DNA of 64,000 nucleotides, from NCBI RefSeq assembly GCF_964355755.1, contig NC_092671.1, positions 20,956,001-21,020,000 of the forward strand, given 5' to 3'. Both the position numbers and the translations under genes were made by a program. Each line of letters begins with the position of its first letter. Position 1 is the stretch's first letter. Below, piece by piece: positions 1 to 11,540 of the stretch. Origin of the DNA: Antedon mediterranea. Taxonomy: Eukaryota; Animalia; Echinodermata. Under the pieces are notes generated by a model, which ran no database searches, was not told where the DNA came from, and saw only the letters and a list, made by a program, of their open reading frames with translations.

Positions 1-7
1 ATTTTAA

Positions 8-2226
8 CCTATAGCTGGTACAATCATTTTTGTGTAGAGCACACTTACATTTTTAATAACTAGCGAATGTTGTCTTTGTTTAATATCAAAATACACTCAT
101 ATTGATATCACTCTAATGAACAAGTGCCAAAAGACATATCATGACCAGTGATCAAGAAAATGACCATAGAAATATTTAGCAACCAGGTCACAAAATACTA
201 GGAATGAATATGTTTAAAAAAAAATATGACAAAGTGGAGCCTTTCTTTTCAGGTATCACATGATAAATTGAAACGCGTTGCCCACGATACACCATACGGT
301 AGGCTACTCCAGGCCCATAAACTAGTTTTTATAGAGGGGTTCGAATTTGAAAGCCTTTGATAGACCTACCAATTACGATTAATTTGTATGTGTCTATTAA
401 ATTTCAAATACACCGGCTCTGTGGATAATGGTTTTCAGAGGAAGAAGTGGCGATTAGAAGGGAGTTCTTAACCTCAGCCCCACATCGTATTCGGATTGAG
501 TAAGGATATTTTTATAATATGGACCTATAGTTGACCAGAAATTTAAATGTAAAATTTAGATGTAAACATCGTATCAAAGTTCCAGCTTGGAGTCAATTGT
601 ATAAAACCTTAAAAAGATATTTGAATCTGAAATATACACATAGGTCGGGTCAATGGTAGGGGCGGTTAAGGGAAGGGGTCTTCTGCACCACCTCAGTCCC
701 ATCATGGATGGGGCTGAGGTAAGAAAATGAAAACATAGACCTTTTAGTTGGTACAATCGTATCAAACTTCTCAATTCTTTAACAATAATGTTATTGTTTG
801 TACTGTCTACTTTTAATTTATGGATAGGGAAAGTCACGCCGTCTCCACACCCAAATCATTTTACTATAATACCAAATTTAAACTCTTGCAATATTTCACT
901 TTAAACTATACCCACTTTCTTTCTTGCTTGTGTTTAAAATTATAAAAATCTAAAGACAAATCAAATAAAACCGTTACTACAGTAGTATGACTATGTTATT
1001 ATAATCCTAAAGGACATTATTGTTATTATTATTTGTCATCCTCCTTTTTGTTGGATTTACTAATAATCTAAGAAGCAAATAAATGTATCAACATTGCATA
1101 GTAAACCATCATATTACATCAGTGCGCATTTGATTTTAATTGAAACTAGTATCTTAAATATAGGTTTAGGTGAATAAAGATTACTATGCAACTAATTTAC
1201 ATATTTCTGTTTATTTGTATTAAAAAGATTCAATATAACTAAGTATGTTGCATCAAACAGCTTATTGGAATGGAGCGAAACATTGGAACATCCTCCTTTT
1301 TGTTGGATTTACTAATATTAATAATCTAAGAAGCAAATAAATGAATGAACATTGCATAGTAAACCATCATACTACATCAATGCGCATGTGATTTTAATTA
1401 AAACTAGTATCCTAAATATAGGTTTGTGAATAAAGATTATTACAATGCAACTAATTTACATATTTTTGTTTATTTGTATTAAAAAGATTCAATATAACTA
1501 AGTATGTTGCATCAAAGAGCTTATTGGAATGGAGGGAAACATTGGAACATCTGAACAAAACAAACATAAGTTCTTAAGAATTAAATTATTAATTTTTAGT
1601 TTTAATTAAAATCACATATACTGAGAAGTATGAATGAATGTTTAAGGTTTACTGTGCAATGTCATAACAAACATGTTAAGCTTCCTAATTAGTATTAGTT
1701 ATACATTATTATAAGTTAGTGATTCCAACAAAAAGGGGGACGAGTAAATAAACAATATCTATAATATAGTCATACTACGGTTACTTTGATTTGTTTTTAT
1801 TGTTCAACTATGGTTTTAAAATATGTAACAGTATACTGTATAGCATTTGTCATTCATTTACCGGAGTTTTTTTACAATTTTTAAACAGTGATATAGTTTA
1901 GATCTCTAAATTGTAATACTAAATATTAATAATGATCTTGGTGATGAAAATTTAACTGTGATGTTATTCATTAAAATTAATAGAATTACCTACTTAGGAC
2001 TTCCGATACAAAGTATTCATAGTATGTACCATACTCACACAACAGCCACTGATACAATTCGCTATAGTTATTAACAAGGCCAACAGCCATAAGTCGCGTG
2101 ATACCGGACCGACAGACAGACCGACAGACCGACCGACCGACATAGTGAACTATAGAGTCGCGTCCACGTCGAGTCGACTAAAAATGTAAGTGTGCTCCAC
2201 GCAAAAATGTTTGTACCAGCTATAGG
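8..2226. mobile_element. Non-autonomous piggyBac-type DNA transposon (TTAA TSD, ~50 bp TIRs)
   Basis: ttaa|cctatagctggtacaa...gagcacacttacatttt at 4-53 is the reverse complement of aaaatgtaagtgtgctc...ttgtaccagctatagg|ttaa at 2180-2230. There is an internal ~255 bp tandem duplication (~1037-1550) and no transposase ORF. Confidence 0.8.
2073..2184 (-). mobile_element. Short HINE/DINE-like Helentron derivative
   Basis: (GACA/GACC)n microsatellite followed by tatagagtcgcgtccacgtcgagtcgactaaaa, an imperfect hairpin ending in an A-run. The motif agtcgcgt also recurs at ~2092. Confidence 0.5.
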
Positions 2227-4061
2227 TTAAATGTCAAAATATGGTGTTTTTTAACATTTTTGTGTATTTCTGTTGTATTAGAGCAAATATAATTATATAT
2301 ATTGCGAGTAATTTGAGACTAAATTATAACTATAAAACAGCTAATACTATATAATAGGAAATATACAATATATTAAAATATATATATAAAGTAACATTGA
2401 CATCGGCAGAAATTAAAATTTGTACTTATTAGATTAAACTTATACAATTTTTAAAAAACATAAATGGATTTTGCATTTTTAATAGTCATATATAAGTTGT
2501 TCCAGACAGGACAGTAATACTATGACTTGTAGAAACTAGTCTTCGAAGAGGAGGTCGAAGTTTACATTTTACTCTAGTATTGTACTTATGACCTTTACCA
2601 CCAGTAAAAGGTTTAAGGTTTAAAAATTGTAAATCAGGATTATTGAACATTCGGAACTTAAAAATGCCAATTTGGTAATTATGAATATCATCAATGTTTA
2701 ATACATTATGTATGTGGAAGAAATTCTGGAGTTTAACAAGTTTATCAGTGTAAGAAGCATATGAATTAAACCAAATAATGTTGTTACAATAGCTGATAGG
2801 AGGTTGCATAAGTGACCTATAGATTGAAAGGAGTGCACTTAAAGGAAGTTAGTGACGAATTTTTAAATAAACATATTTAGTTCAATTCGTCAACAAAGAC
2901 TCCTAAAAACTTATAGTAATTTGTTTGGGATATAGATTTATCAGAAATTTTAATGGATATATTATTAACATTAATTTTATTTCTTTTAGTTCTAAAAATT
3001 ATATATCTAGTCTTATCACAGTTAAGAGAAAGTTTATTACACCTAAGCCATTTATCAATTTTGATAAGTTCAGAATTAACAATATCAATAAGTGTATTCA
3101 AATTGGGGTTTCATACGAACAGATTTGTATCGTCAGCGAATAAAGTCATGTTTAAAATATTTGAAGAAATAAAAATATCATTTATATATATGATAAATAA
3201 TAATGGCCCAAGAATACTTCCTTGGGGTATTCCATAATTATTAGTTGTGTGTTCAGAAGAATTTCCGTTAAAGACTTTATATTCGCTTCTTCCATATATA
3301 TAGTTTTTAAACCAAGATACCATACTCAAGTTCCATAATAAAATCGAATGGTCAAGCGTATCGAAAGCCTTACTCAGGTCAATAAATATTCCAATAGCAG
3401 TATCTCCTCTATCTGAGGCAACTTGTACTTTTTTTCAATAAGATTAAGTATAGCCATAAAGGTTGAACTTTTTAAAAGAAACCCATATTGTTCTTTGTGG
3501 ATGTGCAAATTTATCTAAAAAGGAATACAAACGGTTATAAACAATACGCTCTAAGATTTTTGATAGAGCAGGTAAAATGGATATTTGAACGATAATTATT
3601 AAACAAGTTTTTATCACCAGATTTAAATAGAGGAAATATCCTTGCTAACTTTCAAGTGATAAATTAAAGATGTATGATAAAGGTGACGCTACATATAAAA
3701 TAATATATATTAAGTAATTTACTGCTAATTTCATCAATGCCTTCAGAGTTAGACGGTTTCATTTTATTAACAATAGAAATAATTTCTAAATCATCAGTGA
3801 GCTTAAAATAAATTGAATTTGGAAAATTGCCATTAAGGTATTGCTTGTAGTTTTCATTTGCAGGCGAGACTATATTTTTGGCAAGAGTTTCTCCTACTTC
3901 ATTGAAGTTATTAATATTATTGACAATATCTACTTTCAGAGTCAGGTAAGGCAGTAACATGTTTCTTTCTGCCGAGCACATCATTAATAATTGACCAAGT
4001 CTGCTTTGCGTCATTAAATAAAATACGAGAATAATAGTTACGTTTACTAATTCTGATGAGA

Positions 4062-4245
4062 TAAAGCTTGGTTCCCACTAGAACGTAACGCAAGGACGTA
4101 AACGCAACGCAAGCGTTTTAACCAATGACAGCGAAGTTATAGACAGTTAGCAATCACAAGCGAATAAGCCATCGCTTGTGATTGGTCAATTCACTTGCGT
4201 TGCGTTACGTCCTTGCGTTGCGTCGCTAGTGGGAACCACGCTTTA
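4062..4245. mobile_element. PIF/Harbinger-like MITE inserted in the LINE
   Basis: Near-complete foldback: taaagcttggttcccactag...gcaaggacgtaaacgcaacgcaag versus cttgcgttgcgttacgtccttgc...ctagtgggaaccacgcttta, with TWA-type flanks. Confidence 0.75.
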
Positions 4246-4614
4246 GTAAGCATATTTCTATATTTCTTAAATTTTGATAAATTTAATTGTGTTGAGGACG
4301 TTGAATGTTTTTTTATAATACATTTCTTTTATTGATTGACTTAAGAATACCTCTAGTAATCCATGGTTTTTTTATATGATGTTTTCTTGGTTTTAAGTGT
4401 TTTAGATGGAATAGTTTGTTTAATCGTATGTTGGATTTCTTTAATAAACATATTATAACTAGTATTAGTGTCATTTGAATTGTAAAGTGAATTCCAATTC
4501 ATTTTAGTAATAAGATCATTAATTGTAGTCTAATTAATGATTTTAATTTTTGTAGATGATGCCGTGTTATGTAAGGACATATTGAGATCATTCAAAATAA
4601 TATAAATGGGATAA

Positions 4615-4820
4615 TTGTTGACAGTTAAGAAGGGAAAGTGAGAATTAAGATCTAGCCATCAGGTGCTACTGGACATTCCGAGGAGCAAACATAGTTGGGG
4701 AGATCGGACTTTCAGTGTTGCTGGACCTAGGCTCTGGAACCACCTACCCTTGAACATTAAACACACATCATTATTGAGTCACTTTAAGTCACTACTCAAA
4801 ACGATTGATTGATTGATTGA
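4615..4820 (+). mobile_element. 5'-truncated L2-like LINE 3' end
   Basis: Encodes LRSSHQVLLDIPRSKHSWGDRTFSVAGPRLWNHLPLNIK...FKSLLKT, typical of an L2 C-terminus, and ends in a (GATT)n tail. Confidence 0.75.
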
Positions 4821-5716
4821 TAATGATCAGTTATTTCAGATGTGATAATACCAGATTGTAATGGTTCAGGATTCAGATTTCTATAATTAGTTAAAATATT
4901 ATCTATAAGTGTTGCAGTTGTTTCAGTTACAGTTGGATTGTTTATTAATGGAAAGTAAGATGAAGATTCAATTGTATCAATAAATGTTTTGGTGTTAGCT
5001 GTATTTTTACTAATATCAATATTGAAATCGCCTAGAATAAAGCAATGTTTATTTTCATTATTAACTGCATGGAGGACCTTTTCAAGATTATCAGTAGGCC
5101 TAAAAGTAAAAATATTTATAGATCATAATTTTATTAACAGTAGGCCTATGGACCTTTTTAGCTAATCTAGGTAATCTCATTGCTGGAGAATTTGGAGCCA
5201 GGAGAAAACGTGGGTGTCCAGCAAATTGTCGACCTCCACACACCACCACACGTGGCGAATGTCCCCACGGTGTAACTTAAAATAACTAACTTTTTCTGCG
5301 CGGCATAGCCCAGAGACGGCAAACAAAGTAAAATCTCCATGGATATTTTTTTTCCTTTATACACCTTACCAATAATAGGCTCATTGGCTTATAATTAATA
5401 TTATCAATAATATTATCACAACATTACATACAATTATCTATATATTAATGCTACTAAATTGTAGGCCTATACGTATTTTATTTATCTCTTCCAAAACCAC
5501 TGAACGGTACGTGCACACATTTGGCACACTGATGTTATCGATGGGCCGCACACGATAGGTTATGTCACTTTCCTGAATTTTAAAAATAAACACTAAAAAA
5601 AGGCAAAAAATAGCATTAATTTGACTTCGCAGCAATCATATTACGTCACTGTATAAACTACGCAACCTCCTCTGTTGTGTACCGCCATGGCCAGATATAC
5701 AAATACCTGCCGGGCC

Positions 5717-6653
5717 GCGATTTTTTTTTTCGTACATAAGTTGGGGGACCCCCTCATGAAACGTCACAAAATAAACATGAATAATTCATCAGTTAAATTT
5801 TCTTGTTCCGTGTGCACCCAAGCGTATAGCAACAAGAAGTGATTACACAAGTGCGGTACGATTCTAGGCCTATCTCCGCTGTTGTTGCGACGTGCGATTT
5901 CATAGAAGATAGCGGCGTTTTGTGTGGATTGTCAAAATAATCAGCCTTTAGTTTATGGTGTTTTTAATATAATTTATTACTAAAGAATTACGTGTTAAAA
6001 TTATAGTTTCTATTAATACTATTATGTATTAATACTAGTATGCCTAATTATTAGTCTCTAAACCCATGTCTATTCTAGTAGTAGCTGTGGGTGTGTGTGA
6101 CGTGTGTGTGTTAGGTATGACCAAAGATAGTTATCTTTGGTATGACACAATCCGAGTAATAAGTCAGCAAAATTAAACAATAAATTACACAAAAATACAT
6201 TTTTTATTCTCGTGGGTCAAATCTTCCCATCTCATGTGTTCATATACGCGCATTTTTTAAGTTCCTTTGAGTACATCATGCATATTGTTTGATAATAAAA
6301 TAGCAGAATTAAAAAAATACAGTACACAAATTATACACATTCTTTATTCTTGTGGGTCTAAGCTTTCTTTGGGCTATGTCCAATGAATTACTACTTAGTT
6401 TAATGTCTTGCCTAGCTGTCGATTAGCCTCGACTCGACACATTTTGTGTGAAGAAGAGTGCGCGAAGGCAATCACGTGAATTGACTTATTCTAGGCCTAC
6501 TGTAGAAAGTATCGTATCGCAGTTGTGTAATCACTTCTTGTTGCTATACGCTTGGGTGCACACGGAACAACAAATTTAACTGATGAATTATTCATGTTTA
6601 TTTTGTGACGTTTCATGAGGGGTCCCCAACTTATGTACGAAAAAAAAAATCGC
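5717..6653. mobile_element. Mutator-like (MULE) non-autonomous element
   Basis: ~135 bp TIRs (5717-5850 / 6523-6653) flanked by a perfect 9-bp TSD tgccgggcc (5708-5716, 6654-6662). Confidence 0.85.
6115..6146. other. Probable P-type transposon excision footprint
   Basis: gtatgac|caaagatagttatctttg|gtatgac: a 7-bp direct repeat around an 18-bp near-palindrome with CAAAGA...TCTTTG ends matching the P-like element at 19271-22523. Confidence 0.6.
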
Positions 6654-7016
6654 TGCCGGGCCGCCAAAAAAAACAGTCTTTAGTCAACCGTAGCGAATGA
6701 TCGAGTCGTTGACGTTTTAACTAATTTCACCTATTCTTTGAACAGAACGATTTTTGTAAATCACGGTTTGGGTCAGTGAGTAAAACGCCGTTGATATCAA
6801 ATCCGCGACATGTGTAATTATGAAGTATCACCGCTTAAAGCTAAAAATCAAAACTAGACCACAATGTAACATATGAAAATTCACACAAAAAATTGCAAAA
6901 TATAAAAAACCATGAAATAAAAAAAAATGTAAATGAAAAAATGGGTAGGCCTATCGTGTTTCCGCTAAATATCAAATATTAACGAAAAATACACCCCGAA
7001 ATGTAAAGTTTGTGTC

Positions 7017-7231
7017 AGTAGAAGAAAAGGCACTTCAGTCCACCCTAGCATTTCATAATTACTTAATTAATTAATTAGATTTCCTGTTATTGTAATAATT
7101 AAATTATTCTTAATTAATGAAGGTCGTTCTTTTCCTGGTTTCGTAATAATTAAATTATTCTTAATTAATGAAGGTCTTTCTTTGTTTAGGGGCGTTATTT
7201 ATTAATATATTTATTTTATATTTAGATGGTG
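7017..7231 (+). repeat. Left TIR of the Polinton-like element
   Basis: Reverse complement of 17574-17843. Contains two copies (the second partial) of a 51-bp unit taataattaaattattcttaattaatgaaggtc... Confidence 0.95.
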
Positions 7232-8718
7232 ATATATTATATATAATTATATAATAGTAGACCTATAACCACCAAAACGGTTTATTATCTATAGGAAATC
7301 ATCAATTGTAACATGCGGTAAACAATACAAATTAGTTGCGCAAATTATTAAAAAATAGCACAATTGTTACAAATGAATTTAAGAAAATAAAGGTGTACAG
7401 ATTTTATTTCGAAAAAGTGTAGACCTACAAACATAATTTTACATAAAGTGTACAGAATAAATTAACAAAAAAAAAAGGTCACACATTAAACTAATTCTTA
7501 TAAAAGCGTACAGTGTACTTTGGTTATCAGTTATATCAACTTTAGTATTTTAAGTATTAGGGCCTATTTGTGGCAAACACACGGTCCCTTTTAATTGTGG
7601 GTAGAGGCCTTTTGCCGTTCGTAATTCAAACTGTTCGTAAAATCGAAGTTAATATTCTGAGATTAGGCCTATAGCCTATGATTGTTCATTAATAAACAGT
7701 ATATTATAACGATAAAGAAACGAATGTACGATACACCAATATAACAATACAATAACTGATTAACTGAAAACTTGAAGTCTACTGTATTCCTACAATCATT
7801 CAAGTAGACATTTTTTGCTGAGTGTATGATACTTTCTCCAAAGAGAATTCGAACGATGTGTTTTCGGACGTGTTTCTACGGTTATCAGAACGGGTCAATA
7901 ATGAAAAAAAAAAAAAAAAAAAAAGAAACAAACTGCCTACTAACTCCCAAAAAATCAATACCTATAAATAAGCTGAACCTAACCCACTAAATAATCTCTT
8001 CCATACATCAAAATCGACCGAAAATGATCTGAACATTGAAAAGTGGACACGATCGTCTGTTCTTCTTTTCTGTTTCCACGGCTTGGGACATCCCTGTTAG
8101 TGATGTAGCCATGCGGTCTACACACTTATGATGATCACATCGCATAACATGTTCAGGGAACTTATTTTTCAACTCTCTGATACAATGTTTAAATACAAGT
8201 AGACTGGAAACCATTTAGGAACAGGGGTTTCTAATAATAAAAGTTGTTTAAAACTTTAGTTATGGTCAAGGGGAATTGTTCAAGACTTGGAGTAAATGGT
8301 CAAGACCGAGGGCAAATGGTCAAGACCGGAAGAAAATTAAATTTCATCATTTTATAAGTTTATAGTCACTTATTGTGTTAAAATTCATTTATTATTAGAC
8401 CTGTATACGTATTCAATAACAAAAAATAACTTTCTTACATTAATAACATATCTTTAGTGGTTAAGGTAATATATTATTTCTCTGTATACTGACGTCACAA
8501 ATATAGATAAAGAGAGACTGTAACTAAATGTTTATTACTTATTAGGGTTACAGGGAGAGTTCCATGCAACATTAAAAGATCAATTAATGAGCCACCCAAC
8601 TTAATTTGAGAGCCCCCAATAAAACGGCTGACCAGAGGTAATTGATTTTTGATGATTTCCTATAGATAATAAATTGTTTTGGTGGTTATATACTATTATA
8701 TAATTGTATATATATCAC
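7229..8718. mobile_element. ~1.5 kb element bounded by ~75 bp imperfect inverted repeats, abutting the left TIR
   Basis: gtgatatat...tataaccaccaaaac...ttattatctataggaaatcatcaa (7229-7306) versus ttgatgatttcctatagataataa...gttttggtggttata...tatatcac (8649-8718). No clear TSD. Confidence 0.55.
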
Positions 8719-10609
8719 GTTTTAAGCAGCATCACACTCTTTGAAAAACAACACATTTTAACCATGAGGTGTAGATAAAATGCAAATAAAATGTGTTGGT
8801 TTTTAAAAGTGATGATAAGTACACTTTTTACAAAATATACGAACAACCCGGAGGACTGCAAACTGTACGAGTATAAACAAATAATATAACTCTGCTAGAG
8901 AAACACTATCGATATTAACAAACGTAATTATAAACAATGAGATGGTGTACACATCGAAAAACATAGGTTACTGTATAACAATGCAAGAAAAACTTGTTAT
9001 CCCTATTATCAATTGTTTTCTCGTGTCGCTATGTTGACTTTAAAAAAAATGGTTTTATCGTAGGTCGAGTGCAAATTGGCAAGGTTTAGTTGAATGGGAC
9101 TCCCACACACCTCTCCCACACTCATTCAGAGTACTATTCTTGTTTGTTATGAGTTGTCAAGAAAAAGTAAAGATATAAAGGATTTGTGAAAAGATATTAC
9201 ACCTGATGAGTTAAATAATGTGTTGGCTAAAATGATGAGTGACCATCAAAATACATATCAGTAGACTTGTTACAGTACGGTACGGTACTTGCAGTATGTG
9301 CATGTGTTGCGACGCAATGCGAAACTGCTTTACAATTGGAAAACGCTAAACGCGTCTCCTGTGATGGACAAAATTTAAAGTTACTATAAATTCATAACGA
9401 AAATGATTTGTTTGGTGTATTTCCTTTTATTTTGTCTATTATCTATATAATAATTAATATATATTTATTAATGTGTACGTGTTTCCTTAATTTGTCATTT
9501 CCAGAAACTTCTACGCAAATCAGTAGCTCAGTTTTGTGATTGGGTAATTGTTCTTGAATGATAAACCGTTTAAAATAGTGACGTCATGTTTTTCAGCCTA
9601 ATATTGTGCCTCGATGATTCCATCAATACCGCCAAAAATAAACCATTTACTGCGGAACCCATTTTATAAAATGATGCTTGATTAAGGGATTTTTTCATCA
9701 TCTACGGTAAATTAAAACATTCAGAGAACTATTGGTAACAATCAATAAGAGGATATTTACAAAGAACCGTTAAAATGTAGGCCTATGTCGTTATAAGATT
9801 TAGCCTGCAAAGCGAAGAACAAGGCCTGTAAAAATAAAAAATGCTGCAGATTCATAAAAAGAAAAAAAAAGTCTCGGTAGATAAACGTGTAGAAAAAAAG
9901 TTACAATATTTATAAAAACCAAAGTAGTTCTAAGAATATCTAATGGCAATAACCTGCACGTAAACAAATTTCAATTTTTGGCTCCGGTTGAAGGTCTTGT
10001 TTTCTGTTAAAATGTGTGAAGTGTCAAGAAATACAATTGGTAACCAAAACGTCTTTCTGTATTCGATAATTATGATTTCTCTGAGTTTTTTTTTTTGCAA
10101 TTATGATAAAAGTAATATAAAATAATACACAGATATCGGTCATTTCTCACAATTGAATTCATAATTTTATTTACAATACCACTTACAGTAAAAATATCGT
10201 AGATCTACATGGTCTTTATTGTAATAATATTAATCACACACATTTTTAGATAAATCATTGATACATGTACGAAAATATGTGCTATTATTAGTGTTATTAT
10301 AACGGTTTTTTTTGTTTTTGTTTTGTTTAATCTACCAGTCCGTTTCAAACGTTACAAGTACCTATTACTCTTGAAATTACGATTAAAACGCTTTAAAGAA
10401 AAACTTACACACTTATTAAAAACATAAAAAATTGTATTTAACAATGAGAAATACATTACAAGTTACTTTTAAGAAATTATTCGTAAAGTTAATCATTATC
10501 CACACAATGACAAACAATCACATGATTATTAACGATCAATGGAATTAGGCCTAGATCTAAGTGAATTAACTTCAATACAATAATAAAACCATTTGTAGGA
10601 ATAGCATCA

Positions 10610-11440
10610 CTACGTTACGTTCGTTCCCCTAACGGGGTTTTATTTCCACAATATTTAGGCCTCTGGCCCTTATATCTTACATACAAATCATACAATAATA
10701 TTTTCTAGTTGGGTTGCAAAATAATATTTTCTATTTTCGTAAGCTAAATAAACAAAATTTGCTAAATCTTGGACTACTCTAGTGTTGCACATTAAAAAAT
10801 AAAACTTATTTAAACAAGGGAACGTGTGATAAAAATTAGGAATATATAAGTTTCTGAGTTCGGAATAATATGGACAGACTAACATAAAATGAAATTCGTC
10901 TTCAATAGAATTCATATTGCATAATTTACATAAACGGTTTTGAAAGTGGGATTTTGTTCCATCTTCCCTTTTCTATTTCCAAATCTAACACTCCTAAACG
11001 AAATTTTGTGAATATATTTTTACGTTTCCAATCTTTTAAGTGTAACAAATGATAACTTATTTCAATTTTCGTTTTAAAATACTTAAAATATTTTAGTTTT
11101 GAATGTAAAGAAAATTGTTCAAAATATTTTTGTTTTTCTAAATCAATCAGTCGTAATTTAAATTCATTAATAAATAATTTCTTGTCTTCAACCATTTGAT
11201 TGTACCAAACATAACCAAAGCCGGTTGAACAAAGTAAATGTTTTACCTGACTAGCCCAGCAATATTCATTTCTGTTAATTTTTCTTAACTAAAAACTGTA
11301 ACATTTAAAAATAAATCTATTTTTATCCATGTCAATAATATGCAACCAAAAACGAATAATTGAAATTAAAAAATCGACATGCAAGGAGACTCTGCCTAAT
11401 TCTGTAGTTACGGCTGAGCTAGGGGCACAAAAATAATTCA
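10610..11440 (-). mobile_element. 5'-truncated non-LTR retrotransposon 3' end (RTE-X-like ORF2 C-terminus)
   Basis: TELGRVSL..., WASQVKHLLCSTGFGYVWYNQ, KFRLGVLDLEIEKGRW and the zinc knuckle CKLC...IEDEFHFMLVCPYY. Frameshift near 10930, and a short tandem-repeat tail near 10610-10625. Confidence 0.8.
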
Positions 11441-11540
11441 ACTGGTACTACTATACTAAATGAGAACAGATCTTGAACAGTTGATATTCTTGAGATCTGC
11501 AATCACTATTAAAGACTGTAATGTTTGCGTAACATTTCTC

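Larger units (their letters stand above)
2330..5100 (-). pseudogene. Degraded CR1/L2-group LINE ORF2 (APE endonuclease + reverse transcriptase)
   Basis: Minus-strand fragments: ILGDFNID and RVTETTATLIDNI (endonuclease, ~4890-5045), GIFIDLSKAFDT (~3360-3395), GIPQGSILGPLLFIIYIND and LFADDT (3111-3329), KWLRCNKLSLN, KFLGVFVDE. Many stops and frameshifts. Confidence 0.9.

Noticed and set aside
574-837. 87-aa ORF within the first MITE
   Set aside because: No recognisable domain, non-ATG start, and it lies inside a non-coding element.
8720-10600. Possible remnants of Polinton core genes
   Set aside because: No ORF of 60 aa or more and no pPolB, integrase or ATPase motif that I could recognise; a tBLASTn would be needed to exclude highly decayed remnants.
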